From assembly GCF_965655755.1 (NCBI RefSeq), contig NZ_CBFHHW010000006.1:11031-75030 (forward strand): 64,000 bases of DNA. Reading direction: 5' to 3'. The stretch's first letter is position 1; the number at the start of each line of letters is the position of its first letter. Below, one piece after another: positions 48,957 through 59,057 of this stretch. The translations under genes were made by a program, and so were the position numbers. Source of the stretch: Methylophaga sp. (GTDB taxonomy: Bacteria; Pseudomonadota; Gammaproteobacteria; Nitrosococcales; Methylophagaceae). Below the pieces are notes generated by a model. The model saw nothing but the letters and a program-made list of their open reading frames with translations. It did no database searches and was not told the DNA's origin.

Positions 48957-49939
48957 CAGCTGAGTCCGGGCGTGTTTTGATACGCTAATAGTCCGTTATA
49001 GCCGATATAGACAACTAACATCAATACACCAGCGAATCGACCAATACGACCCTGCTTACAAAAACGGGCTAGTAGATATAAGCCAAGCGCCAGTCCGATC
49101 ATGAAAGGAAAGTCACGATAGAGCAATAACGGGTCGGTATCGGATGGTGCAATAAGGCCGGGCATGGCGAGAACAGCCAGCAAGTTAAAAATATTTGAAC
49201 CGAGTATGTTACCGACAGCAATATCATGCTCATTTTTCAATGCAGATATAACCGATGCCGCTAATTCCGGCAGGCTGGTTCCAATTGCTACTATAGTCAG
49301 ACCGATGATGAGATCGCTGACGCCCAGTAACTGGGCCACACCGGTTGCCCCCCAAACCAAGGCTTTTGATCCAACGAGTAAAGCAATCAGACCAATTACA
49401 AAATAGATTGCCGACTGTTTGGTTGTCATTGAGGGGGTGGCATATTCTTTTTCGAATTCTTTTTCTATGGGATCTTGTTTAGTGCTGTGAATTGCGAGCC
49501 ATGCCATTCCACAGAGGGTCAGAATAAAACCGACGAGTAAGATGCCGCCATCTGTTCTATCCATATCACCGTCGAGTATCAGGACGAGTGATGCAAGCAT
49601 GACAAAAGCCAGCACAGGGAATTCACGACGTAAGGTATCGGAGTGAACGACAAGCGGGGTGATCAATAGCGTTATACCCAATACCAGACCCACGTTGGTA
49701 ATGTTGGAGCCGATAGCATTACCAATCCCCAGTGCCGGTGAGCCCTCGAAGGCGGCTAACGCTGACACCAGCATTTCAGGGGCTGATGTACCAAATCCGA
49801 CAATAGTCAGACCCACTATTAATGGCGATACGCCGAGATTTGATGCAAGATTCGCCGCGCCATCGATAAAGCGGTCTGCACCCCAAATCAATACTGCAAA
49901 ACCGGCAACGATAGAGAGAATAAAGAATAATGTAGTCAT
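48956..49939 (-). CDS. Ca2+/Na+ antiporter YrbG
   Basis: GFGTSAPE and AIGTSLPE alpha repeats; GSNI motifs. Confidence 0.93.
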   Translation of the reverse strand: MTTLFFILSIVAGFAVLIWGADRFIDGAANLASNLGVSPLIVGLTIVGFGTSAPEMLVSALAAFEGSPALGIGNAIGSNITNVGLVLGITLLITPLVVHSDTLRREFPVLAFVMLASLVLILDGDMDRTDGGILLVGFILTLCGMAWLAIHSTKQDPIEKEFEKEYATPSMTTKQSAIYFVIGLIALLVGSKALVWGATGVAQLLGVSDLIIGLTIVAIGTSLPELAASVISALKNEHDIAVGNILGSNIFNLLAVLAMPGLIAPSDTDPLLLYRDFPFMIGLALGLYLLARFCKQGRIGRFAGVLMLVVYIGYNGLLAYQNTPGLS

Positions 49940-49980
49940 AACGTCCGTTATTGTGGCATCTAAGCCGTTATATGAAACAT

Positions 49981-50004
49981 AAAAAAGCCGGGCTGAACCC
50001 GGCT
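49981..50004 (-). terminator. Intrinsic terminator after mlaA
   Basis: AGCCGGG-5 nt-CCCGGCT with T6 on minus strand. Confidence 0.8.
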
Positions 50005-50038
50005 CTTAATTATAAAGGCTTGAACGCCTGTTGTGTTA

Positions 50039-50764
50039 TTACTCGGCGAAAACGTCGAAATCGTCTTCCGGTGGAAGGCCATCATAGACCAGATGTTGGC
50101 GCCGTTGCATGTAGGCATCACGAACATAGCTGTATTCGTCAGTAGCCGCTTCATCCAACACTTTTTCAGCACTGAGTAAGCTGGCACGTGAATCAATGAC
50201 ACGTGTACCAACGATAGCTAAACGCGCATCGTCGCCTTCAACATACATGACAGGATCAGTAAACATGTCACCAACCAGGCCAAAAGAGTCACGCACATTG
50301 CGTGGGCCAAACAATGGTAAAACAATGTAGGCGCCGGGTTTTGCACCCCACACACCTAATGTCTGACCAAAGTCTTCGTTGTTTTTGGTGAAGCCGTTCA
50401 AGCTTGCCACGTCAAAGATACCGGCAACGCCTACGGTGGTATTCACAACAAAACGATAGGTGTCGCGGTAAGCCTGATTGAATTTACCTTGTAACAAATC
50501 GTTGATGATGACTGTGATGTCATTCAGGTTACTGAAAAAGTTGCTGACACCATGACTGATTGGAGCGGGTACGACCGTATCGTAACCCTTAGCAACGGGC
50601 TTGATGACGGCGGTATCTAGCGCATCATTAAATTGGTACATCGCCCGGTTATATCCTTCCAATGGATCATTCACACCCGCTGACTGGTTGGTCGTTGCAC
50701 ACCCAGTCATCAGCAAAAATGTAGTAATCAGACTGAGCCTGACAAATGCGCTGAAGTTCGACAT
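50039..50764 (-). CDS. mlaA: VacJ/MlaA lipoprotein
   Basis: Lipobox MTGC, DPLEGYNR, EDFGQTLG.WG, LPLFGP, Y..VRDAY.Q.R. Confidence 0.96.
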   Translation of the reverse strand: MSNFSAFVRLSLITTFLLMTGCATTNQSAGVNDPLEGYNRAMYQFNDALDTAVIKPVAKGYDTVVPAPISHGVSNFFSNLNDITVIINDLLQGKFNQAYRDTYRFVVNTTVGVAGIFDVASLNGFTKNNEDFGQTLGVWGAKPGAYIVLPLFGPRNVRDSFGLVGDMFTDPVMYVEGDDARLAIVGTRVIDSRASLLSAEKVLDEAATDEYSYVRDAYMQRRQHLVYDGLPPEDDFDVFAE

Positions 50765-50896
50765 CGAATTAAGTTCCCTGTTTTCTTCTTTAATTTGGTC
50801 GGAAGAATAATCTCACGGGGACCTGTGCCGATCAAGCTATTCTGTTGTTATATTGGCAAAGAAGGGATGCCTCCGTTGTAAAAATGCAACAAATTT

Positions 50897-51949
50897 TCAA
50901 AGACACCAGAATGCCTGGTTTGTAATAGCGTCGTTTCGTTTATTGGTTGGCTCTTTATTGTCATGCATGAAGTCAGCAAACACTTCCGTACACGCCAGCC
51001 AACTATTTTTCTGAGCAAACTCGATGCAACGTTTGGGGTTTATGGTGGAGCAATCCTTTACAGCCTGACTTAGGTCATTATTTAAATGACCGGTTACCCC
51101 GTTTTCAATCACATCAGCAGGACCCGTAACGGGGTAGGCGGCTACAGGTACACCACAGGCCATTGCTTCTAAAATGACCAGACCGAATGTGTCTGTTTTA
51201 CTTGGAAATACAAACACATCTGCTGCAGCGACATAAGAGGCGAGTTCTTTGCCGAATTTGGCACCTGTAAACAATACATCCGGATAGCGTTCTTGCAGTT
51301 GTTTCAAATCCGGGCCGTCTCCCACCACGACTTTACTGCCTGATAAGTTTAAATTCAGGAAGGCTTCAATATTCTTTTCAATAGCAACACGCCCCATATT
51401 GAGCATGATAGGAGGAGTCAGATTCAGCTTTTGAGGGTTATCCGGTGTGAAAATCTCGGTATCAACCCCGCGACCCCATACCTCAATATGCTCGAAACCA
51501 TTATCTAACAACCGTTGTTTTTGCGATTGTGTCGGGACTAATGTGCGAACGGCCTTGCCATGGAATCGACGAAACCAGGCGTAACTCCAGCTGAGTGGGA
51601 TAGGTAAACGCAGTTGAAGGTACTCAGGGAATTGCGTGTGATAAGACGTTGTGAAATTAACCCGATGTTTAATACACCAGCGTCTTGCAGCCATACCGAG
51701 CGGCCCTTCAGTTGCGATATGAACTGCATCAGCGTTGAGCTTATTTAATATTTCTCGCACTTTCCGGCCCGGAAATACGGCAAGGCGAATACTGGGATAG
51801 CTTGGACAGGGCACCGTTTTAAAACTTTCAGGTGTCACAAGGTGAACATCATGTCCCAGTAGCATCAGGTTTTTGCGGGTTTGTTTCAGAGTCCGCACAA
51901 CGCCATTGACCTGAGGACTCCAGGCATCAGTGATGATGACGATTTTCAT
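50897..51949 (-). CDS. GT4 glycosyltransferase, Agt-like glycolipid synthase
   Basis: TDAWSPQVNGVVRTL, HIATEGPLG, GRVAIEKNIEAFL, FPSKTDTFGLV.LEA. Confidence 0.85.
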   Translation of the reverse strand: MKIVIITDAWSPQVNGVVRTLKQTRKNLMLLGHDVHLVTPESFKTVPCPSYPSIRLAVFPGRKVREILNKLNADAVHIATEGPLGMAARRWCIKHRVNFTTSYHTQFPEYLQLRLPIPLSWSYAWFRRFHGKAVRTLVPTQSQKQRLLDNGFEHIEVWGRGVDTEIFTPDNPQKLNLTPPIMLNMGRVAIEKNIEAFLNLNLSGSKVVVGDGPDLKQLQERYPDVLFTGAKFGKELASYVAAADVFVFPSKTDTFGLVILEAMACGVPVAAYPVTGPADVIENGVTGHLNNDLSQAVKDCSTINPKRCIEFAQKNSWLACTEVFADFMHDNKEPTNKRNDAITNQAFWCL

Positions 51950-52743
51950 CAGGCTGCCTGCACAACGGAGTGGGTCTCATCAACAATTTCAGTCCAGTTA
52001 AGTATTTCCATCCGGCCATCAGGGTGTTCGACCAAGGCAGTGCAACTCTCTACCCAATCGCCGCAGTTGAAATAATCAATCTCGAAATGACGAGTAATTT
52101 CTGCACGGTGAATGTGGCCGCAGACCACACCATCTACTCCTTGACGAGCCGCTTCATGCGCAACAGCTTCTTCAAAGTTGCTGATGTACTGCACTGCATT
52201 TTTGACGCGATGTTTCAAAAACGCCGCTAAAGACCAGTAGGAAAATCCAAGCTTGCGCCGGACGTAATTCACCCAGCGGTTGGCTCTCAACAGGTATTCG
52301 TAAAGACGACTGCCAACTTTTGCCAGAAGCGGGGATATTTTCACCACGCTATCAAATTGATCGCCATGCAAGATCAATAGTTTTCTATTGTCGGCGGTGG
52401 TGTGAATGACTTCGTTTTGAATTTCAACGTTACCAAACACGGCGCCATCAAAATCACGTAATACTTCATCGTGATTACCAGGGACATACACCACCTTGGT
52501 ATTGTGCTTTGCTTTACCGAGTAAGGTACGGATGACATTATTGTGCGCCTGAGGCCAGAACATCTTTTTCTTCATTTCCCAGACATCAATGATATCCCCG
52601 ACCAGATACAAGTAATCACATTCGACTTTGTGTAAAAAATCAAGCAGAAAATCAGCACTGCAACCGCGAAAACCGAGATGAATATCTGAAATCCAGACGC
52701 TTCGAACTTTTATTTTCTCGTGGTGACTGACTTGTTTTTGCAT
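51949..52743 (-). CDS. Metallophosphoesterase, PlcP/LpxH2-like
   Basis: WISDIHLG, LVGDIID.W, PGNHDE, HGDQFD, CGHIH, NCGDWVESCTALVE. Confidence 0.85.
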   Translation of the reverse strand: MQKQVSHHEKIKVRSVWISDIHLGFRGCSADFLLDFLHKVECDYLYLVGDIIDVWEMKKKMFWPQAHNNVIRTLLGKAKHNTKVVYVPGNHDEVLRDFDGAVFGNVEIQNEVIHTTADNRKLLILHGDQFDSVVKISPLLAKVGSRLYEYLLRANRWVNYVRRKLGFSYWSLAAFLKHRVKNAVQYISNFEEAVAHEAARQGVDGVVCGHIHRAEITRHFEIDYFNCGDWVESCTALVEHPDGRMEILNWTEIVDETHSVVQAA

Positions 52744-52788
52744 AATGTGCCCTTATCTATATGATTGAGCGCACAGTAACCAATTGAT

Positions 52789-52828
52789 GTTGCAACAAGA
52801 TGAATTTTTTGTTGCAGAACGATGACGA
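52789..52828 (-). promoter_or_regulatory. Pho-box-like array upstream of plcP-agt
   Basis: Four 7-mers at 11-bp period on minus strand: TCGTCAT, CTGCAAC, AATTCAT, TTGCAAC. Confidence 0.5.
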
Positions 52829-52883
52829 CAAGTAATGAAATCAGTTGTCCTACTTCCAAGTCAGCAAAACAATAGAGAGTGAT

Positions 52884-54923
52884 ATGAGCAATCCATTATT
52901 AGAAACATTCACCTTGCCACCGTTTTCCCGGATACAGCCCGAGCATGTTGAGCCAGCTGTGACACAAGCGATACAAGAAGCAAAACAATCGGTTGAGAAC
53001 CTTTTGAAAGGGCTCGACAACCCAACCTGGGAAACTCTGGTGGAACCGATGGAAGAAATGGAATGCTATATCGACCAGATCTGGTCACCGGTGAGTCATA
53101 TGAATTCTGTAGTGAATTCGGAAGAGCTGCGTCAAGCCTATAACGCTTGCCTGACCATGCTGAGCGAGTTTGGTACCGAGCTGGGTCAAAATGAAGATCT
53201 CTATAAAGCCTATAAAAAAATAGCTGAAAGTGATGAATACAATCAGCTGGATACAGCACAGAAGAAAGTCATTGATAATGCAGTGCGTGATTTTCGTTTG
53301 TCAGGTGTGGAATTGCCTCAGGATAAGCGAAACCAATACAAACAAATCTCTCAAAAGCTGACTGAGTTGAGTGCCAAGTTTGAAGAAAATCTGCTTGATG
53401 CCACCCATGCGTGGAAAAAACATATTACCGATAAGGACATGTTGTCCGGTTTGCCTGAATCCACCATTGCCATGGCGGAGCAATTTGCTAAACGCGATGA
53501 TCTGGAAGGCTGGGTGTTTACCCTGGATTTTCCCTCTTATATGCCAGTGATGTCCTATGCCGATAACCGTGATTTACGTGAAGAAATGTACACCGCATTT
53601 GCGACAAAAGCCTCGGATCAAGGTCCGGATGCCGGTAAATGGGATAATACGGAAGTCATGGCAGACATATTAAAACTGCGTCATGAACTGGCCCAATTAT
53701 TAGGCTTTGATAGCCATGCCGAACGATCGTTAGCGACTAAAATGGCGCAAAGCCCACAGCAGGTAATGGACTTTCTTAATGATCTGGCTTCACGCAGCAA
53801 ACCGATCGCTGAAAAAGAGTTTGAAGAACTCAAAGCGTATGCCAAAGAAACGGCAGGCATGGATGATCTGCAAGCCTGGGATGTGACCTATTTTGCTGAG
53901 AAGTTACGTCAGCAACGTTATGCCATCTCACAAGAAGAAGTGAAGCCGTATTTTCCTGAAAAGAAAGTGGTTAACGGTTTGTTTGCCGTGGTTAATAAAC
54001 TTTACGGTTTAGATATTACTGAACGGAAGGATGTGGATACCTGGCATAAAGATGTGCGTTTCTTTGAAATTCACGATGCTAAAGGCGAATTACGTGGTCA
54101 GTTTTATCTGGATCTCTATGCTCGCCAACATAAACGAGGTGGCGCGTGGATGGATGAATGCCTGGTTCGTCGTAAAACCGAAAGCGGTATTCAGACACCG
54201 GTTGCTTTCCTGACCTGTAACTTTTCAGAACCCGTAGGTGATAAACCGGCTTTGTTCACGCATGATGAAGTCACCACGTTATTTCACGAGTTTGGTCATG
54301 GTTTGCATCATATGCTGACTAAGATTGATTATTCAGGTGTGTCCGGTATTAACGGTGTTGCGTGGGATGCCGTTGAACTGCCAAGTCAGTTTATGGAAAA
54401 CTGGTGCTGGGAACGGGAAGCATTGGATTTGATTTCCGGTCATTACGAAACCGGGGAAAAGCTGCCTGATGAGCTCTACAATAAAATGATCGCAGCCCGT
54501 AACTTCCAGTCAGCGATGATGATGCTTCGTCAGCTGGAGTTTTCCATCTTTGATTTTCGTCTACACCTGGAATTTGATCCCAATGGCGATAATCAGGTTG
54601 AAAAAATTCTCAGCCAGGTTCGTGAACAAGTGACTGTGGTTAAGCCACCTAAATTCAACCGCTTTGCTCACAGCTTCGCTCATATCTTTGCTGGTGGCTA
54701 TGCTGCTGGCTACTATAGCTACAAGTGGGCAGAAGTATTGTCAGCTGACGCTTTCTCAAAGTTTGAGGAAAACGGTATTTTTGATCGGGAGACAGGGCTG
54801 GAATTCCTGAATAACATTCTGGAGCAGGGTGGCTCCAAAGAACCGATGGAATTATTCATCGCCTTCCGGGGCCGTGAGCCAGAAATTGATGCGTTGTTGC
54901 GACACTCCGGTATCGCTGCATAA
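52884..54923 (+). CDS. prlC: Oligopeptidase A (M3 family)
   Basis: FHEFGHGLH, ELPSQFMENW, GYYSYKWAEVL. Confidence 0.97.
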   Translation: MSNPLLETFTLPPFSRIQPEHVEPAVTQAIQEAKQSVENLLKGLDNPTWETLVEPMEEMECYIDQIWSPVSHMNSVVNSEELRQAYNACLTMLSEFGTELGQNEDLYKAYKKIAESDEYNQLDTAQKKVIDNAVRDFRLSGVELPQDKRNQYKQISQKLTELSAKFEENLLDATHAWKKHITDKDMLSGLPESTIAMAEQFAKRDDLEGWVFTLDFPSYMPVMSYADNRDLREEMYTAFATKASDQGPDAGKWDNTEVMADILKLRHELAQLLGFDSHAERSLATKMAQSPQQVMDFLNDLASRSKPIAEKEFEELKAYAKETAGMDDLQAWDVTYFAEKLRQQRYAISQEEVKPYFPEKKVVNGLFAVVNKLYGLDITERKDVDTWHKDVRFFEIHDAKGELRGQFYLDLYARQHKRGGAWMDECLVRRKTESGIQTPVAFLTCNFSEPVGDKPALFTHDEVTTLFHEFGHGLHHMLTKIDYSGVSGINGVAWDAVELPSQFMENWCWEREALDLISGHYETGEKLPDELYNKMIAARNFQSAMMMLRQLEFSIFDFRLHLEFDPNGDNQVEKILSQVREQVTVVKPPKFNRFAHSFAHIFAGGYAAGYYSYKWAEVLSADAFSKFEENGIFDRETGLEFLNNILEQGGSKEPMELFIAFRGREPEIDALLRHSGIAA

Positions 54924-54924
54924 T

Positions 54925-54950
54925 AAAAAGGGCCGAAAGGCCCTTTTTTA
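54925..54950. terminator. Bidirectional intrinsic terminator
   Basis: AAAAAGGGCC-gaaag-GGCCCTTTTTT. Confidence 0.88.
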
Positions 54951-54976
54951 ATTCGATTGATAAAACAGCGAGTAAC

Positions 54977-55393
54977 TTACGAGTTCAAGCAGATTTGAAC
55001 AGCTTGCTGTGCATTCTGAAGCATACTCATCGCTTTATCTTTGTTGAGTTTACCGTCTTCCACGTCCTGTTTGATTTGCATGTTCAATGCTCGGGTTGTG
55101 GTTTCGATGTCTTCGCCAGCGGCGACAGGAAGAATAGCTTTTTCACGATAAGCTTCAGGTAGATTACCTAAGCCTTCAAGCTGGCAACTCGCCATTTTTG
55201 TGACGTAAAAGTTCGCTTCTGTTTTGATGGCTCTCGCAGTCATTTCAGGCCGATCAACGCTGAGTTTTTTCATAACCAGTGGTTTAACTTGTTCACTGTA
55301 GTGTTGCTTGTAGTTTTCTTCATCCTGAGCGTCAATTGCAATAGCTTGCTGCGTTACGAAGACAAAAGGCAAAAGTAGTAATAATTTTTTCAT
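54977..55393 (-). CDS. Secreted hypothetical helical protein with two Cys
   Basis: Signal peptide MKKLLLLLPFVFVTQQAIA; RBS AAGGA. Confidence 0.8.
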   Translation of the reverse strand: MKKLLLLLPFVFVTQQAIAIDAQDEENYKQHYSEQVKPLVMKKLSVDRPEMTARAIKTEANFYVTKMASCQLEGLGNLPEAYREKAILPVAAGEDIETTTRALNMQIKQDVEDGKLNKDKAMSMLQNAQQAVQICLNS

Positions 55394-55554
55394 GGCATGT
55401 CCTTCTTGATAAACGTTCGGTTACAAGCACCGAACTTCGCCTTTGCACCATAAGGCACAAATAATAAAATTCCTGTGAACTGTATCTGTTTAAGCCTGAT
55501 GAATCCAGTTTGGAGTTTAAACGTATGAGATGTTTGTTATTGAATGTTGAAAAT

Positions 55555-55576
55555 AAAAAGGGCACCGAAGTGCCCT
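55555..55576 (-). terminator. Intrinsic terminator of KKD-repeat gene
   Basis: Minus strand AGGGCAC-ttcg-GTGCCCTTTTT. Confidence 0.85.
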
Positions 55577-55606
55577 GAATGCGTTTGGATTATCTCTGGT
55601 ATCGCG

Positions 55607-56014
55607 TTATTTTTTCTTCGCTTTCTTTTTATCTTTTTTATTCTGTTTCTTGTCTTTCTTGTCTTTCTTGTCTTTCTTGTCTTTCTTGTCTTTCTTGTCT
55701 TTCTTGTCTTTCTTGTCTTTCTTAGTCTTCTTGTTCGACTTTTCTTTGTTAGGTTTCTTCGTTGGCTGTTTATTCACTACTGTTTCAGCTTCAGGCTTGG
55801 GAAAGGCCGCCATTCCAAGCTTACGAAATTTCGTAACCCAATAACGCACTTGTCCAAGCGTTAAACCTGTTTGCGTCGCAGCCTCAGCGTGACTGGCACC
55901 GTCATGAACAGCGATAAGAACGCCAGCCCGACTGCTGAACGCTGTCTGAGAACCGACAATTTTCTTGCATTGGGTTACTTGTGCTGGGCTGAGAAGCTTT
56001 TTAGTGCTAGCCAT
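55607..56014 (-). CDS. HTH protein with Lys/Asp-rich C-terminal tail (start probably MASTKK at 56014)
   Basis: HTH GASHAEAATQTGLTLGQVRYWVTKFRKLG, then (KKD)8 tail. Confidence 0.8.
   Translation of the reverse strand: MASTKKLLSPAQVTQCKKIVGSQTAFSSRAGVLIAVHDGASHAEAATQTGLTLGQVRYWVTKFRKLGMAAFPKPEAETVVNKQPTKKPNKEKSNKKTKKDKKDKKDKKDKKDKKDKKDKKDKKQNKKDKKKAKKK
55646..55717. repeat. Perfect coding tandem repeat, 8 x 9 bp (TTTCTTGTC)
   Basis: Eight identical units counted directly; encodes (KKD)8 on the minus strand. Confidence 0.97.
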
Positions 56015-56169
56015 ACTGAAACTCCATATCGTGAGCGTTAAGATGCAAATTATTGCTGCAACGTACTTAAATAAAAGCTGATCATTTAGCTTAATGGTGC
56101 CATATGACAATTTGATGACAACAGAAAAAAGGGGGGAAGACCCTTTCTAGTTGCGTGCTAAAGCTATGC

Positions 56170-56436
56170 TCAGCGTAGTTGACTGTCTTTACTGCCACGG
56201 CGATTAAACAAGCCAGCCGCTTTATTTTCTTCGTCAATAATTTCCTGACAGTTCACGCACAAACGCACGCCTGGAATAACCTCACGGCGACGTTCTGGAA
56301 TTTCTGCGTCGCATTCCTCGCAATGCGTCAGGCTCTCACCCTTCGGTAAGCTGTCACGCGCGTGCTGAATGGCATCATCCACACTGGCATCAATTTGATC
56401 TTGTACTGCCCCATCTCGGGACCATCCTCCAGCCAT
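56170..56436 (-). CDS. DksA/TraR C4 zinc-finger protein (YbiI-like)
   Basis: MAGGWSRDGAVQDQI, CEEC...IPERRR...PGVRLCVNCQ. Confidence 0.93.
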   Translation of the reverse strand: MAGGWSRDGAVQDQIDASVDDAIQHARDSLPKGESLTHCEECDAEIPERRREVIPGVRLCVNCQEIIDEENKAAGLFNRRGSKDSQLR

Positions 56437-56749
56437 AACAACCTCCAACCGACTGTTTTATAATTCAAGTATAGTCCTTTGATTGAGTAAACCCAATGAT
56501 TTCAATGCAATTGGCAGGTCTGCATTTATTTTTCTCAGCCTGACCCTGGGAACAGATCAAAAGATAGTGTTGAGGAGTTGAAATATTTTTGGAGAAAAAG
56601 CCCGGTAAGAGGACGAGCAGAGGAAAGTGTTCGCAATAAACACAAATAGGCTCCCATATAGGACTTGATTCTACAGCTAGATTCACATCAATAAAGATCA
56701 ACTATAAACTGCTAAGCTACCCGAATCCGAAAATAAGAATAATCCAGCA

Positions 56750-58216
56750 ATGAAATACACCGATTTACGTGACTTTATCAACGGTCTTGAAAAACAGGGC
56801 GAGTTAAAACGTATTACCACCGAAGTGGACCCCGCTTTGGAAATGACAGAAATTGCTGACCGAGTTTTGCGGTCTGGCGGTCCGGCTCTGTTATTTGAAA
56901 ATCCAAAAGGCTCAAATGTACCTGCCCTGCTTAACTTGTTTGGCACGCCTAAGCGGGTGGCGATGGGTATGGGGGAAGACTCCGTGGAAGCCTTGCGTGA
57001 AGTCGGTAAATTACTGGCCTTTTTGAAAGAGCCGGATCCGCCCAAGGGTATGAAAGATGCCTGGAGTAAATTGCCGATTTTCAGGCAGGTTATGAATATG
57101 GGGCCGAAACTTGTTAAAAAAGCCGCGTGCCAGCAAGAGGTCATTGAGGGAGACGACATTGATCTCGCTAACTATCCGATTCAACTCTGTTGGCCGGAAG
57201 ATGCGGCACCGTTAATAACGTGGGGGCTGGTAGTCACCAGAGGACCACACAAAGAACGTCAGAACCTCGGCATATATCGCCAACAGGTGATTGCTAAAAA
57301 CCGTGTGATTATGCGTTGGTTATCACACCGTGGCGGCGCTCTGGACTTCAAAGAATGGCAGCAGAAAAATCCGGGCGAGCCGTTTCCTATCAGTGTTGTT
57401 CTGGGCTGCGACCCGGCGACAATTCTCGGTGCTGTCACTCCAGTGCCTGACACCTTATCGGAATATGCGTTTGCCGGGTTACTGCGAGGCAGTAAAACTG
57501 AGTTGGTGAAATGCATCGGTAATGATTTGCAGGTGCCGGCTAATGCTGAAATTGTCTTGGAAGGACATATTTACCCGGATGATATGGCTCCGGAAGGGCC
57601 GTACGGCGATCACACGGGGTATTACAACGAAGTCGATAGCTTTCCTGTGTTTACCATTGAGCGCATCACCCAACGCAAAGATCCGATTTATCACAGCACT
57701 TACACCGGACGCCCACCGGATGAGCCAGCCATTCTAGGAGTAGCTCTCAACGAAGTGTTTGTGCCTATTCTGCAAAAGCAGTTTCCAGAAATTGTGGATT
57801 TCTATTTGCCACCAGAAGGTTGTTCCTATCGTATGGCGGTGGTGAGCATGAAGAAACAATATCCGGGACATGCCAAGCGGGTAATGATGGGGGTCTGGTC
57901 ATTTTTAAGACAATTTATGTATACAAAATTTGTGATCATCGTTGATGATGATGTAAATGTGCGAGATTGGCAGGATGTGATCTGGGCGATTACGACCCGA
58001 ATGGATCCCGCTCGGGACACAACCTTGGTTGAAAATACACCGATTGACTATCTGGATTTTGCTTCGCCGGTATCAGGCCTTGGCTCGAAAATGGGAATGG
58101 ATGCAACCAATAAATTACCTGGTGAAACGGATCGTGAATGGGGCAGACCGATTGAAAAAGATCCGACAGTCACCGCTCGGATTGATGCGATTTGGAGTGA
58201 CTTAGGACTTGATTAA
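56750..58216 (+). CDS. ubiD: 3-octaprenyl-4-hydroxybenzoate decarboxylase
   Basis: [46 protein letters not shown]. Confidence 0.97.
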   Translation: MKYTDLRDFINGLEKQGELKRITTEVDPALEMTEIADRVLRSGGPALLFENPKGSNVPALLNLFGTPKRVAMGMGEDSVEALREVGKLLAFLKEPDPPKGMKDAWSKLPIFRQVMNMGPKLVKKAACQQEVIEGDDIDLANYPIQLCWPEDAAPLITWGLVVTRGPHKERQNLGIYRQQVIAKNRVIMRWLSHRGGALDFKEWQQKNPGEPFPISVVLGCDPATILGAVTPVPDTLSEYAFAGLLRGSKTELVKCIGNDLQVPANAEIVLEGHIYPDDMAPEGPYGDHTGYYNEVDSFPVFTIERITQRKDPIYHSTYTGRPPDEPAILGVALNEVFVPILQKQFPEIVDFYLPPEGCSYRMAVVSMKKQYPGHAKRVMMGVWSFLRQFMYTKFVIIVDDDVNVRDWQDVIWAITTRMDPARDTTLVENTPIDYLDFASPVSGLGSKMGMDATNKLPGETDREWGRPIEKDPTVTARIDAIWSDLGLD

Positions 58217-58608
58217 GTGCTTGTGAAAAAATAGCCGGCAATCAGATAGAAGATGTTCAAAGCCGCTAAGGTGAAGATCAAAAAGAAGGTGATTTTCATA
58301 CCCAAAGCACGGTGTTTGAAGTTATTTGTTCTAATTGCCGATGCATGGAAGAGACGCCCTACAAGCATTGCAATGCCTGCCAAATGAATAATCCACCATG
58401 CGGCGGTGGCCCATTCCAACAGCATCATCAAAATCAGAATAATAGGAATGTATTCAGTTGCATTGCCCTGCGTTCGAATCGCAGCCTGTAAATCGGCATT
58501 ACCACCATCACCCAATGAAATCCGGTGTTTGCGCCGAAGGCTGATAACACGTAAAGACAGCTTGACCAGTAATAAAGCACTAAGGCTGGCGTATAACGCT
58601 GTAATCAT
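58213..58608 (-). CDS. MAPEG-family membrane protein
   Basis: [12 protein letters not shown]...LQ.AIR.QGN..EY.P, GRLFH. Confidence 0.88.
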   Translation of the reverse strand: MITALYASLSALLLVKLSLRVISLRRKHRISLGDGGNADLQAAIRTQGNATEYIPIILILMMLLEWATAAWWIIHLAGIAMLVGRLFHASAIRTNNFKHRALGMKITFFLIFTLAALNIFYLIAGYFFTST

Positions 58609-58609
58609 T

Positions 58610-59056
58610 TTATTTCCCGGGACTATGTCCATCAGTGTTTTCTTCTACCCAATGGGAGCCATCGGGTCCGAATTCTTTTTTCCAGAAGGGGGCGTTGTGT
58701 TTGAGCTCTTCGATGAGCCAATCGCAGGCATCTATGGCTGCCCGACGATGAGCTGACCAGCAGGCAATCACGACAATCGCATCGCCCGGATAAATATCGC
58801 CGACGCGATGTACGATCAGACAATCCTGCAACGGCCAGCGCTCACGTGCGAGTTTTTCCAGCTTGACGATATAGCGTTCAGTCATCTGTGGATAGTGCTC
58901 CAGCACCATTTTTTCAAGGTTTTCGCGATCACTGAAATCACGCATGGTACCGATAAAGCTTGATGTCGCTCCATGCTGACCCGTGGGCTGCTGCATTTCA
59001 CAATCAGCTAAAATCTGCCATGGTTCGATAGTCTGTTCGCTGATCCAGTTGCTCAC
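58610..59056 (-). CDS. moaE: Molybdopterin synthase catalytic subunit
   Basis: FIGTMRD, LEHYP.MT, HRVG, SAHR, LK..APFWKKE. Confidence 0.95.
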   Translation of the reverse strand: MSNWISEQTIEPWQILADCEMQQPTGQHGATSSFIGTMRDFSDRENLEKMVLEHYPQMTERYIVKLEKLARERWPLQDCLIVHRVGDIYPGDAIVVIACWSAHRRAAIDACDWLIEELKHNAPFWKKEFGPDGSHWVEENTDGHSPGK

Positions 59057-59057
59057 T

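Noticed and set aside
55646-55717. Tandem repeat as a CRISPR array
   Set aside because: 9-bp contiguous units with no spacers, inside a coding frame; no cas genes.
55544-55864. Plus-strand ORFs with (FLV)n and (FLS)n repeats
   Set aside because: Antisense readings of the 9-bp repeat; the minus-strand HTH-KKD frame has a plausible domain and its own terminator.
55607-56014. HTH as an IS630/transposase remnant
   Set aside because: No DDE domain, terminal inverted repeats or target duplication; the gene is intact with its own terminator.
56465-56701. 78-aa minus-strand ORF upstream of ybiI
   Set aside because: No clear RBS or motif; it probably spans the divergent promoter region.
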